Source: Eledone cirrhosa (taxonomy: Eukaryota). From it: a DNA stretch of 64,000 nt. The stretch's first letter is position 1, and every line of letters begins with the position of its first letter. The stretch spans positions 238,948,001-239,012,000 of the forward strand of contig OZ024741.1 of NCBI GenBank assembly GCA_964016885.1, given 5' to 3'. This document shows positions 13,501-26,926 of the stretch, one piece after another. The notes below the pieces were generated by a model. That model made no database searches. It was not told the DNA's origin and saw nothing but the letters and a program-made list of their open reading frames with translations. Both the position numbers and the translations under genes were made by a program.

Positions 13501-15190
13501 ATGTAAACTAACCCCAAAGTTCTTATCTTGGAAAAGTCACTTTCTCACTGTTAATTCTAATATAACATAAGATTGATGGAATATGAAATCAGTTTATTTT
13601 TTCTATTAGAACCTTGTGCATCAAGGTAAACCAGTGATGCACAATACAGTTCAGATAGACCACCAGTAGTCCATATAAAGGTTTTGGTAGTTCATGATGG
13701 GTTTTATACTCTGCTATGATACATATTGCAATTGAAATTAAATTTAGGTTGGGTGGTCCATGAAGCATCCCTCATGAATTTTGTGGGCCACCTTGCATCA
13801 CTGCTGTTGACTATGTCTTTGGAATGACTTATGCACATTCCTGGCAATAATGTCTATTAATGTTTTTAAGCCCTTTCTTTAACTGCAGGTAGAGCTCATA
13901 GGGAATGGGGTAATAGTTTTCTTTTCCTTTTTTTCTTGAGGTAGAAGTGAGAAATATCAACTGACTTAAATGTCTCAAATTTAATAAGGAGTAGAGAAGT
14001 GAAATATTCATAATGCATTTATATATATAACCATGAAAACAATATATATATAATTTACCATTTCAATTATTTTGCTGTATCTACCTAGTTTATCTCAGTA
14101 TGGCTATGAATGTAGATATATTAGATATAGACATAGACATTATTGAAACAAAAGGACTAGGATTAAAGGAATCATGTTGGCTATGCTGTTTTCTGGCTGC
14201 TGCTAGTAGCAATTAAAAGAAAGACTTGGTGCTCATAGGAGAGGATGACTCATAAAATATATCCTGCTATCATTTCTACCCCAAAAAATTAATGATGAAT
14301 ATGGAATAGCAAAATGATAAAATCTCTCAAAATGTTATCATGGAACGTATGCCACAGGAAAAAGTAATCTAAAAACAACAACCAGATGGAAATCAATTGC
14401 AGTGAGAAAAATCATCTTGCAACTGTTCTTTGTTTGTTTCTATTGCTTTCTCCCCCACACTCTCCCCCCTTCCTCTCTCTCTCATGTTCATATTATTTTG
14501 CTTCCGAATTCTAAATTGATTGTGTTCATAAAACAAACCATGTTTATCTACAGAGGGAAGAAGAGTTCTGTAGAAAATGCCTCCAATGCTTTACAAAAAA
14601 CACATATCTGATGGAAATGAAAATCTTAGTATTTTTACGAACAGTTTTAGTAGAGAAATTCATCGCATCTTTTTTTTATCTTTTGGATTCAACACATTTG
14701 TAAAAGAAATTGCATTCATTGAAAGTTTTCTGAAAGCTGAAGTAAAAAGCTAAGTAAATAAATAAATAAAACTCTTATGAGGATTTTTGAAGAAAAAAGA
14801 AAGAAATTTATATAAATGTCAATAGAAAGAAAATGTAATGGTTTTAGTTCTTGGAAATATCTTTCTTTTTTGGTTTTATTTCACATCTCTGAGAATACCT
14901 GTCAAGAAATGATAAAGTATTTCATTATTTTCTCTTAGATTTGTGTTTTGTTGTTTATTTATTTCATTTTATTTTGCAGTGTGTTGGAAAATTTCTAATG
15001 AAAATATCACACAATACTTATTTCTTTTTATATAAGTCACTTCCAATGTCATTACAGCAAGAAAGCAGATAGCAACTTCTCTAGAAAAGATGTATTCCTT
15101 ACTTTTTCTTATTATAGACATACAGATAGAAACATATACATATTTTTGTAGATATTACACCTAAAAGAATGTGAATGCACACACACACAA

Positions 15191-15221
<31 letters not shown>

Positions 15222-15594
15222 GAGAGATATAGATAGAGAGAGAAAGAAAGAAAAGCATGCATGGGTGTATATAGATATGTATGTGCAAGAATATGGATAT
15301 ATTGCTATGTGTGTACACTCAGAAATAAGTGGAGACATAAATGTATTTATATTTATAGGCTAGTACAGAAAAATATTCACATTATAACATTAATGGTGTT
15401 TTGGAGACAACTATACACAATAACTATCTCTCTCAATAATGTGGAATTATATGTGTATGTATACAATGATATTAAATGCATACACACATATACCAATGGA
15501 CATATATATATATATTAATGTATTTAGAATTGTATGTGCATAAGTGTACGTGTGTGTATTTGGATGTAAGCACTCACACACACATACACACACT

Positions 15595-15636
<42 letters not shown>

Positions 15637-16189
15637 AAAAATATATGGAGATAATGTAAAAACATGCATTCATATAAATGTATTTTGATTTTCCTCACTT
15701 TTTTATACTCTTTAAATATATGTGCATGTCAAAACATCTTTACTCCCACTAGAGCCCAGAAAATGGGTGCTTAGTTCTTTGACTCATATTATAGAATTGT
15801 AAAGAGGTTCTTTGCCAGGATAGGATAATACTCTTTCACAGCTCCCTAATTTACATAGATGAGTTAAGTGAACCAAACATACATGGCTGTCTAGTTAAGA
15901 AGTTCATTTTGTTCCCATGTTTAGTCTGGGTTCAACTCTGATGTGTGAAACCTACTATTGTCATTGGTTCACCAACACTTTGTGACAGAAATTTGGTAGA
16001 TGATATGGATCTATAATATAGAGTCTAATAATATGGAGTTACATAACTACTATCGATTAGTCACTATATGGATTTATCATGATCAATCAACCTTCTGAAA
16101 CGATCGTAAAACAATGAACTAATTAAGCTCTTAACTTCGCCTTTTGTTTTCATTGTTCAACACACACACACACACATATATCTATCTAT

Positions 16190-16530
16190 CTAAGGCGGGT
16201 AAAATTCCCGAGATCCATGGACGAGTTCTCTCCAGCGGTCTCTGTCCCTCATTATCGCTGCCATATCCTGCATCTCCAATAGACCAGTGTCTGTCCTTAG
16301 GGCATCAACATACGTTAACCTTGGTCTTCCTCTTCTAGTGTGTCCATGTAGGGGCTCCCAAAGGAGCACTGAGTGCAATGTCAACTCTGGATGTCGGTGA
16401 GCATGTCCAGCCAACCTCAGTCTCCTCTGTGTCACTTTTGAGCTGACTTTTGGGATGCTCCCATACAGCTCTGAGTTTTTCATCCTCAGTGTATACTGAT
16501 TAATGTTCAGAGCCATCCTCAGCATTCTCG
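16190..16530 (-). mobile_element. 3' end of a young RTE-like LINE inserted in a TA/CA microsatellite
   Basis: LRMALNI..NSELYG..RRLRLAGHAHRH..LLWEP..GRPRLTYVDAL..DRDRWR. Near-identical to 25110-25428. Confidence 0.9.
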
Positions 16531-16920
16531 TATATATACACATATATATACATAGATATATAATCCATGCCACCATAGAAAGTGGGCATAATATGATAAT
16601 GATATATATATGTGTGTGTGTGTGTCACAAATTTATATCAATGAAATAAAAAACAAAATAAATGATCCCTTAGAATAAAAAATATTCTCTTTGGCATTTA
16701 GTCCATCCAAATTGAACTGACAACCCCTCTTGTAGGGAACCAGTACTTGGCCTATTAGAAACATGTAAACAATAGTCCTGTGCTTCATCAGATGCAATAT
16801 AAAATTATAGCAAATTCAATAAGCAAAGTTATATTAAACTTATAAATGTTATGAAGTGCCTTCAGCTTTTGAAATCATGACCTATGTGATGATATTCCTA
16901 TACTTCCACTACTTGACTAG

Positions 16921-16964
<44 letters not shown>

Positions 16965-17994
16965 TATATATATATATAGATATATATATATACACACACA
17001 AACAGATGAAGGTATGTGTATATATATATTTGTGTGTGTCTGTGCATATGAATATATTGAAAGCAAACACAAACTTAACTGAGTTGACTGAATGCAATGA
17101 AAAATATATTGAATTAATTGTAGCTTAATATGATTGAACTATAAACCATATCTTTCATATTTATATATTTATATATATAGAGAGAGAGATGGCAGAATTA
17201 GTAGACAACTTGTTGTCTTTGGTTGGATCTTTTTACATTTAGAGTGCAAATCTTGCCCATGTTGTCTTCAGATATTTTGCCTTCTAAAGTCAGTTAAATA
17301 AGCACCAGTCAAGCATACCACTTTACTCTTGAAAGTGGCATCCTAACATGACCACTATTCAATAACTGGTACCACCTGGAAAAGAAAATGTTTTTTCTTC
17401 ACTCCCTCTCCTTCTCCCATACAACATTATCATCATCATCATCATCATACATCCACTTTCCATGCTACCATGGGTTCTGCAGGTCTTCATGGCCCAAAAC
17501 AAGATGAGTCAGATAACCATGCTTTGCTTATACATGACATATTTTAGCACAGACTCTATGCATAAATGCCCTTCCTAATGCCACCCCCTTTAGAAAGTGT
17601 ACTGCTGTATTTTATCATGGCACTGACACTAAAAAGATTGTAAAATCCTCAAGATCATAAAGTCCTCTCTACTCTATTTTGTTTTGGTTCATTCATCAAT
17701 TACTTTACAGAGTGTACCAAGTGCATTCCATCATGACACCAATGCTAGAGAGGTTGTCCTGTCCACTGCAAGTTAAAAGGCCTCTCTACTTCATGCAGTC
17801 TCCAACCTCTCCCATCACTGTGCCTACACTGGTAGGCAGGTTGTAGATATCATTATATCATATCTGTTCTCATCATCATATCTGTTTTCCCATGCTGGTA
17901 TGTACTGGAGAGCTGATTATGTTGAACTACATCAGTAGGTCAATACTTAATTGAGCTTGTTCTAAGCTGTCATGCAACCTGAGTTCAATATTAT

Positions 17995-18470
17995 ACAATA
18001 CCACCCTTATTCATGAAATTGCATTGCCCAAGGGGTTGCTGCTGAAGAAGGTAGAGGCTTTTGTTTATTCATCCTGTGTAATTTGTTTTTTCCATGTGCA
18101 ACTTAGTTATTTATTACTTCTCCTTTGAGGAACTAACTGTTTACTTATGGGCATGACAAAGCACACCCTCACTTTCCTCCTTTTTGGCAAAAGTCTATTT
18201 ATATTTCCTTCCTTCTGGTATTGTTACCATTAACACAACTTGTCTATGCTATTTCCTGTCCTGTTTCCAGTTGTGAGACTTTAAATTGTTATTTATGTCC
18301 TCACTTTGCTGTCTTCATCAAAGACACTCACTTCTTGTCCCCTGTCTCTATGTTGTGTTCCCATATGCATGTTTCCACCAGCTTATTCTTAACCATTGTG
18401 CAACCTGGGCTATACCACCCTTATGCATAACATTGCATTGCCTGACAGAGCGGGGTTGATGAGGAAGATA
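17995..18470 (+). mobile_element. Old PLE-like pseudo-LTR or tandem repeat remnant (~415-bp period)
   Basis: ataccacccttat(t/g)cat(g/a)a(a/c)attgcattgcc occurs at ~17998 and ~18412. The first copy is followed by ctgaagaagg, the second by ttgatgagga. It ends near (TA)n. Confidence 0.4.
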
Positions 18471-18523
18471 AATGGTTTTATTCATTTGTCACATATTTCT
18501 TTTTTTTTTTTTTGGTGCAACTT

Positions 18524-18608
<85 letters not shown>

Positions 18609-18760
18609 GCTCCCAGTACATGCTGTATAGTGGTTGGTGTTAGGAAGGGCATCCAGCTGTAGAAACCAAGCCCAAAATGGAACATCTAAGCAAAACATTG
18701 TCACCTAACTACTCAGGCTCAGAACATGACAGCTAAGATGGTGGTGATGATGTAATCTCT

Positions 18761-18841
<81 letters not shown>

Positions 18842-19984
18842 GAGGGAGAGAGAGAGGGAGAGTCTGTGGTGCTGAGACCGGAGAGACCACTAATCATGGG
18901 AGTACTCAATGCATGGGGATGCAGAGTGGGTATAGAGAAATGTAAAATCCTGACAACGTGACCACACCCTTGAAAAGGCTTACTGAACACACAAGCTAAA
19001 ACCGCTTGGTGCCACAGTCATGATTTTACTTCTCTCTCTCTCTGTCTATATATATATATATATATATGCACACACATACATATATGTTGTTGCTGGACCT
19101 CAGTTTTGTCAATGAGTGGTCCAATTGTTTGACCAATGGAACAGATTGCTTGTGAAATTAATGTGCAAGCAGCTCAGCATTCCACAAACACATGTACCCA
19201 TAATGTAGTTGTCAGGGAGATTCAGCAGGACACAGAAAGGGACAAGGCTAGCCTGGTACAACTCATTCCTTTCCCCAGCTAAGTGAACTGGAACAATGTG
19301 AAATAAAGTGTCTTGCTCAAGGATGCAATGCACTGTGGGGAGTCAAATCTATGACCTTACAATCATGGGGAGCACACACTACCAGCAAAGATTTGAAGTT
19401 ATAACCTTTTCTTTGAATGAAGAGTTAGAAAGAAAAACATTTGAGTTCCATTCTATCTAATACTTACATTTATGTGAAATGAAAGTTGGCAGCTGAAGAC
19501 AATGAGGGAATATTCCTGTCATAGTGAGATTAAAAGTTCAAGAATGCTGTCCTATTGTAGTAATAACTAAAACATATAGACAGGTTGTCTCTAAGTTAAA
19601 CCTGAGTTTAAAGAATCAGATATGATAATTAATACCATTTCATAGATTTGATGGTTAATTAAATGGACAGTTGAATCCAAGACCATAGGAAAAATATTTC
19701 TGTATAACTATACCTACATACTGTATATACTCCAGTATAAGTTACACATTTTCCCATGAAAATTTGATGTGTAAAACCTAGTGGACCTACAAAACCTCTA
19801 TTCAAAATATATGGTAAATTGTGAATGTTGTATAGAAAATGGGGATGTAACTTATCTACTGGTGTGGTTTATACATATATATATATATTATCATTATTTT
19901 AATGTTCTCATTACCAATGGTAGCTAAGTTAGATGGGCCTGAAATATATATATGTATACATAGATATATATATATATACATATA

Positions 19985-20156
19985 TATACATAGATATTAT
20001 ATAAATGGAAACTATATTTATAAAACCATATTTATTCTATTATATATACTTCAAGGGTACCAAAACTTTGGTATGCTTTCATCAGATAAAATATGAAGTG
20101 TGTTTTATAAATGTTAACATAACCAAGGAAAATACCTTAACAGTTCAAGTTTTCCT

Positions 20157-20160
<4 letters not shown>
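19985..20160 (-). mobile_element. Solo PLE 3' fragment with HHR (~20033-20091; GAAA mutated to GAAG)
   Basis: Minus strand reads ttttat-CTGATGA-aagcatacca..tggtaccctt-GAAG-tatata-TA-atagaa. Homologous to 26685-26866 and flanked by (TA)n. Confidence 0.7.
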
Positions 20161-20247
<87 letters not shown>

Positions 20248-20419
20248 CCACACACAGACACAATTTTCGTTTATGAAGATATATATTCTCACTGATGCTC
20301 AGAAAAAAGAGGCTTGGAAATGTTACTATGAGAGGTTACTGTTAGTGGAGAATGAGTGAAAGAAAGGACTATTCCCAGTAGGCTCAACAGAGGGACTGGT
20401 TATTGAGTACATACAACAA

Positions 20420-20471
<52 letters not shown>

Positions 20472-20690
20472 TTATTATTTATTTAATTATGTAATAAACA
20501 GCACAATATAATTATTTCATTACCCAAGTTTTCACGAAGATTTCTGATGAACGACTTTAGACTTCGTGAAACCTTGGGTAATGGAATAATTATATTGTGT
20601 TATTTATTATATAATTAAATAGCTCTGTACTATACATAGAGCATTCTTCTTTCCTTTACCTTTTCCACAGAAATATTTAACATATTAATA
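20472..20690 (+). mobile_element. PLE-derived fold-back element 3 with HHR core at 20544-20580
   Basis: CTGATGA-acga ctttagact tcgt-GAAA-ccttggg-TA. Region ~20474-20539 is an imperfect reverse complement of ~20562-20621, followed by an unpaired tail. Confidence 0.75.
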
Positions 20691-20699
20691 TATATATAT

Positions 20700-21000
20700 A
20701 CACAATGAAAGGTTAACAAGAATTATTATTGTAACATTTAATACATTTATGACTATTTCATTAGACTAACAAGAATATTCTATTCCTGTAAGAATAACTC
20801 TTCAGGATCGATCAAATACAAATAAATAAATACCTTACATGTTTTAAAATTCTAGTTAGGGTAAAAAAAGCATGATTGGAAATTTACCCGTTGGATTTAA
20901 ATCTGAACTGATTATTCCCTCTGTAGCTGTGGTCTATAAAATCATATTCAGCTTTAGTTTTTTTGCCTTTATAAGATTGTATTATCAACTCAAACTTCTT
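20700..21000 (-). mobile_element. Degenerate PLE 3' region with HHR-like core (20751-20805)
   Basis: Minus strand reads CTGAAGA-gtta...taat-GAAA-tag-TC. Stem I is poor. It ends at (TA)n. Confidence 0.45.
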
Positions 21001-21171
21001 TGTGTATATATATATTTGAAATGTAGTCATCCCAATGTAAATGTAGATCACTATAAATAATATTCAAGAAAATCAGATAGCGTACTGCTAGAAACAAAAA
21101 AGTGGATAGATGTACTTCTGCCTACTTTTTTTCCATCTGAAATATTATTTATAATTATCAATTATTACTAT

Positions 21172-21357
21172 GTGGATTGGCAGTATCGGTAGAGGGTCGG
21201 ACGCCATGCTTTGCAGCACAGTTACGTCCCTTTAAGGATTGAGTTCAAATCCCGCCGAGGTTAACTTTGCCTTTCATCCTTACGGAGCCGATAAAATAAA
21301 GTACCAGTAATACACTGGGATAATTGCTGGCCTTGTGCCAAAAGTAGAAACAATTAT
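21172..21357 (+). mobile_element. SINE family A, full copy
   Basis: tggcagtatcggtagag A-box, gagttcaaatccc B-box, family core and gtagaaacaatta end. Confidence 0.92.
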
Positions 21358-21426
21358 TACTATAGTCATCTACTTTGGGATGACTACTTTTCAAATTTCA
21401 AATGCCTCACTGTTTCTTCAGTCAAC

Positions 21427-21463
<37 letters not shown>

Positions 21464-21522
21464 GCCTCAAGTGGGACAATTCCCGTCTAAACCCATGCTA
21501 GTGTGGAAGATAGATGTTAAAC

Positions 21523-21553
<31 letters not shown>

Positions 21554-23691
21554 CACGCACACACACACATATGGATCCAACAAAGTGACCAGCTATGGAG
21601 GCTGCCTGCTGTATGTTAGTAAGGACCATTAAGTATATAAAGGCATATACAACAACTGGATTATCAGTCACTGAGATTCTGAAATTATCTGGTGAAGAAG
21701 GGTTGCTGTGTTGGTGACTCACACTGCCAATCTTATAGTTCCTAATGATTGGCTCATCAACATCTTTGGGAATTGTTTGTTATAAGGGTAATTATGATCC
21801 TTAGAAGAAGTGACTATATATGGACCGATAACTTCTGCTGGAGTCATAGGGGTACTGTTGTGACATATGGCATGTCTTTAGCATTTTAAACTTGGTAGAG
21901 CCCATTGCTCTCCACATTTGAACACAGCGGATAAGTTCCAGAGAATGGGGGAAAGAAAGTTAAATAGAGATATAAAAGAGGAATCGATTCCAGTACTCGA
22001 CTGGTACTTTATTAATCTGGAAAGGATGAAAAGAAAAGTTGACCTCGGAAGGATTTGGCAAAGAGCCAGAATGAATACAGCAAAGCACACTACCCAACAT
22101 TCTAATGACTCTGCCAATTTGCCACCCAAAGAAGAAGTAAATACAGTGAAATTAAACTGATGAAGAAATTGCTGAAACTTACAAATGGTTATAGGACAAC
22201 AAATAAACCAAGAGAACTTAAATGATATATAGTTTGGGTTTATGACAGAACATGAACACTCTAATGCCCTATTTGCTATATGTCAGTCATATAATTTTCA
22301 TAGATAAATCAATTAGAAAATTATGTGGTAGCTGGGATTACAACCAAAAGGCTTGAAGGTCAATTTAACAAAGAAAGATGTGTTAGTTCACAGAAAACAA
22401 GCCAGAACTCTACTACCAACTGGGAAGTGGCCATTCTCAATATAGAGAAAAGGGGTGGGTAGGTAATGTGTACTGTATAATGTAAACAATGGGTATACAA
22501 AAAAATACAGTGGGCTCTCAGATAGATTAACACAGAGGAAGGAATTCATACAAAATAAATTTTTCATGTACATCAGATATCTGTAAGACCACCCAAGAAA
22601 TAAAGTCCTTTAATTACTCAGAAAGCATTAATCGCCCATTAAATATTTCCTCTCCCTTTCTTGACAAATATTCTCAATCATCTCTGTGTTTATGTGTGTG
22701 TACACATATATATGCATAGCTTGTTTGTATGTGGATGCTTCTGTGTGTATATATGCAAGTATTGATTCATATATAAGTATCGTGCTTTTCTATGTGGATG
22801 TATATGTTTGTATGTATGTGTGTATGTATGTATGAATGTGCTTCTGTTTTTATAGTTTTATAAACTTTTAGCAATAGAGTGAGAGTTAGTTTCTAACATA
22901 GACACAAGACTCTTTCATTGGAATTTAAACATGTATGCATATATATATATATGTATGTATATAGATGTATGTATGTGTAGATGTATGTATATATATAGAT
23001 GTATGTATGTGTATGTATATAGATGTATGTATACATATGTATATAGATGTATACATACACTGGTTTTTGCATGTGATTATGTTCTATGTGTATTTGTCAT
23101 CCAGTCACTCTTTCTGAGATACATGTGTGCATGTGTATGTGTATTGGGGGGGGGGGTGCATGTGTATCTGGTGTGTGTGTGGTGTGAGAGTGAGTGCATG
23201 TGTATGTGTGTGTGTGTATGTAGGGGGTGTTATAGAAAGTATAAGTGTAAGTTTATTAATTGGTTAATGGGTTTGTATGTAGTGAACTTCATAAAAAAAA
23301 TAAAACTTAAATTTCACAAAAGGAATCTTTTGACATTGCTCACCCAGGTAAATCTTGTTACCACAATGGGTATCTTTATGGGGGTTAGCATTTTGTCTGC
23401 ATGTCTGACTGTCACACTTCTATGCCTACATATCTGCAGGCTTGCATATGCATAGCATGGACATCTAAATGCATGTGCACTCAAATACATACATACCATA
23501 TATGTATATGCATATATTTATATGTATATATGTATTTATATATGTATATATATGTATGTGTGTGTGTGTTTATGTGAATATCATTAGCCTGTCAGATAGA
23601 ATGTTCTGCAGTATTTATTCCAGCTCTCTGCAGTCTGAATTCAAGTTCTATATATACTCTTGAAGTCTATACCGGGCATGTCATAGATGCA

Positions 23692-24489
23692 CCCCGCTGG
23701 CCATGTGAGGCCCTTTACAAGCACACCTGGAGCCCGTACAAAGGTTTTTACAGTGCGAGCATGTTCTATCTTTGTAATATAAAATTTTAAAAATTATTGT
23801 AATGTGCGCAATTAGTTGACATGTGTGGCCCTCAGACTACACATGTGTGACTCATGTGGCCCTCGTACAGCGTTCCTTTGTCAGTGTTGAACAAACGAGC
23901 AACGATGGTTGCTGGACACTACGGCTTAATACGGGATGATTGTTTACAAACACACCGAGCATTATAATAAATGTTCGGTGAATCCATGCGTGCATATATA
24001 TATGTGTGCATGTATGTATATATATATACATACTACTGTACAACTGTATACATATATGTATGTACGTGTACATACTTATATTTAAGTAACAGCCGTACTA
24101 AGAGTGGGAAATGAAATTTCGTTTCATTTTTTCCGTTTATCGTTTTCGGTGCACCCGGCTGATTAACCCACTCTTATGCAAATTGGGTTACTCAGCTGTT
24201 AATATGCATAAGGTAAGTATATACGTTCAAGAATCTGGCAGGAAGGTATACGTTGCTGACGATAGCTAATAAGCTTGAAACTAGTACAGCGTTCCTTTGT
24301 CAGTGTTGAACAAACGAGCAATGATGGTTGCTGGACACTACGGCTTAATACGGGATGTTTGTTTACAAACACACCGAGCATTATAATAAATGTTCGGTGA
24401 ATCCATACGTACATATATATATGTGTGCATGTATATATATATACATACTACTGTACGTCTGTATACATATATGTATGTACGTGTACATA

Positions 24490-24495
<6 letters not shown>
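23692..24495. mobile_element. Probable non-autonomous DNA-transposon fragment with an internal ~210-bp direct repeat
   Basis: 23866-24078 is repeated at 24283-24495. Repeated tg(t/a)ggccct motifs resemble hAT-type subterminal repeats. A partial inverted copy lies at ~57825-57915. Confidence 0.5.
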
Positions 24496-24565
<70 letters not shown>

Positions 24566-24654
24566 TATATATATATAAATAAATATATATACACTTTTTG
24601 ATGAGTTGTAGTGCACCTGAGCACTGTACACAATATTTTATTATTATTATTATT

Positions 24655-24977
24655 ATTAACTTTGCCTTTCATCCTTACGGGGTCGATAAAATAAAGTACC
24701 AGTAATGTACTGGGTAATTGCTGGCCTTGTGCCTAAAGTAGAAACAATTATTATTATTATTATCATCATCATCATCATCATTTTATGTCTGCTTTTTCCC
24801 TGCTTGCAAGGGTGGGACGGGAACTGATTCTGGTTTGATTTCTACAGCTGGATGCCCTTCCTAACACCAACCTCAATTATAGTGAGTGCTGGGTGCTTTT
24901 TTGCCATGGCACCTCCACGACCACTTTGCAGTGGAATGATATGGACCCCAATCCCTATCATCTCATTTCTACAGCTG
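24655..24977. mobile_element. SINE A 3' fragment (+, 24655-24750) tail-to-tail with SINE B 3' fragment (-, 24765-24977)
   Basis: Both match family sequences seen elsewhere in the window. They are joined by (ATT)n(CAT)n. Confidence 0.85.
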
Positions 24978-25109
24978 ATATATAAATATATATAAATATA
25001 TATAGGAAAATAGTCAAGACCCTGATGGCAGTGCTCAAGCTATCAAAGTATCGAGTACTGGTAGGTTATGGTCCACCTGGGTCCTTACCACACTTCCTTT
25101 GTTATATAT

Positions 25110-25428
25110 ATCTATCTAAGGCGGGTAAAATTCCCGAGATCCATGGACGAGTTCTCTCCAGCGGTCTCTGTCCCTCATTATCGCTGCCATGTCCTGCGTC
25201 TCCAATAGACCAGTGTCTGTCCTTAGGGCATCAACATACGTTAACCTTGGTCTTCCTCTCCTAGTGTGTCCATGTAGGGGCTCCGAAAGGAGCACTGAGT
25301 GCAATGTCAACTCTGGATGTCGGTGAGCATGTCCAGCTAACCTCAGTCTCCTCTGTGTCACTTTTGAGCTGACTTTTGGGATGCTCCCATACAGCTCTGA
25401 GTTTTTCATCCTCAGTGTATACTGATTA
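25110..25428 (-). mobile_element. 3' end of a young RTE-like LINE, second copy
   Basis: ORF 25116-25409 is nearly identical to the 16190-16576 peptide. Both ends lie in TA-rich microsatellite. Confidence 0.9.
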
Positions 25429-25439
25429 ATATATATATA

Positions 25440-25642
25440 TTGTTATACTTGGGGAGGATCATATTGTTGTAATAATATTGCCAGAAATAATAACAGAACA
25501 CACTCACTGTTTGGTTGGTTATTATTTCTGTTATTATTTCTGGCAATATTATTACAACAATATAACGCTCCCCAAGTATAACAATATTTGTTTCGACACA
25601 CGATTTCATATCAAAAACCTCGCAAATCAAATTCATTGCTGT

Positions 25643-25643
<1 letters not shown>
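25440..25643. mobile_element. Fold-back of the 3' terminus of the PLE family at 58187-60165
   Basis: Arms ttgttatacttggggag..aataacagaa and ttctgttatt..ctccccaagtataacaa, plus a ~60-bp tail homologous to 58187-58246. A tail-only copy lies at 25982-26044. Confidence 0.8.
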
Positions 25644-25679
<36 letters not shown>

Positions 25680-25680
<1 letters not shown>

Positions 25681-25950
25681 ACGAAGCAGTTGTGGTAAGG
25701 AACCAGGTGGACCATAACGCACCAGAGTACTCAATATTTAGGGTAGTAGAGTGGGTAATAGGAAAATGTATGATCCCGACTGCAGAGCTCAAGCCGTTTT
25801 GACGGCTATTTCAGTCCAGAAATAGCCATCGAAAAGGGTTGAGCTCTGCCGCCGTGGTCATACATTTTCCTATTACCCAATCTACTACCCTAAGTATTGA
25901 GTACTCTGGTGTGTTATGGTCCACCTGATTCCTTACCACAACTCCTTTGT

Positions 25951-25952
<2 letters not shown>
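25680..25952. mobile_element. Fold-back element with ~133-bp diverged arms and 6-nt loop, probably from a PLE 3' end
   Basis: aacgaagcagttgtggtaagg...gctatttc agtcca gaaatagc...ccttaccacaactcctttgtt. A related single arm lies at 25004-25103. (TA)n flanks. Confidence 0.7.
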
Positions 25953-25982
<30 letters not shown>

Positions 25983-26166
25983 ACAGCGTTGAATTTGATT
26001 TGCGAGGTTTTTTATATGAAATCGTTTGTCGAAACTAATATTGTAGATATGGCGCATGTCTCTCAGACATGACACCGTTAATTTAATTTAATTTAATTTT
26101 GGATTTATATATAAATATACATATATATATATATATATACAAATATATTTATATATATATATATAA

Positions 26167-26204
<38 letters not shown>

Positions 26205-26208
<4 letters not shown>

Positions 26209-26625
26209 TCGTCATCATCATCATCATCATCATCATCAGGTTTAGCGTCCGTGTTCCACGCTTGCATGGGTTTGGACGGGGGTTTTCCCACTTGAGGCAA
26301 GAGTGGTTGTCTTGCTCGCATAGGACTGTCTGGCGGGTTTTCTACAGCTGGATGCCCTTCCTAACACCAACCACATTTACAGTGTGGGGCTGGGAGGTTT
26401 TTACCGTGTTGCCTACACGGCCACATTACAGCGTGGACTGTCTGGCGGGTTTTCTACAGCTGGATGCCCTTCCTAACACCAACCACATTTACAGTGTGGG
26501 GCTGGGAGGTTTTTACCGTGTTGCCTACACGGCCACATTTACAGCGTGGACTGTGTGTTTTTTTGTCGTGACACCTACACGATCTCATTTGTTTCGGCCT
26601 GGATGTTGTGGGACCAACATAACTT
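26205..26625 (-). mobile_element. RTE-tail non-autonomous repeat with an internal ~120-bp tandem duplication and (GAT)n tail
   Basis: ggactgtctggcgggttttctacagctggatgcccttcctaacacc occurs twice. Related copies lie at 32515-32910 (-), 35265-35472 (+) and 35568-35792 (+). Confidence 0.8.
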
Positions 26626-26628
26626 TAC

Positions 26629-26686
<58 letters not shown>

Positions 26687-26762
26687 AAAGTTCTATTTAA
26701 AATTGTTGGGATACAAGTAAATATTTTTATAACTGATATAAAGCACTCGACAAATTTTGTAT

Positions 26763-26821
26763 TTTGTCTGATGAAGGCATACCATAATTTAATGTGGTAT
26801 CCCTGAAATATGTATAATGAA
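26763..26821 (+). ncRNA. Type I hammerhead ribozyme in solo PLE fragment 26685-26866
   Basis: tttgt-CTGATGA-agg.atacca..tggtat.cct-GAAA-tatgta-TA-atgaa. Stem I includes G-U pairs. Confidence 0.75.
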
Positions 26822-26869
26822 ATAAATATGGTTTTATAAATATAGTTTCCATTTATTAATATCGTATAA

Positions 26870-26926
<57 letters not shown>

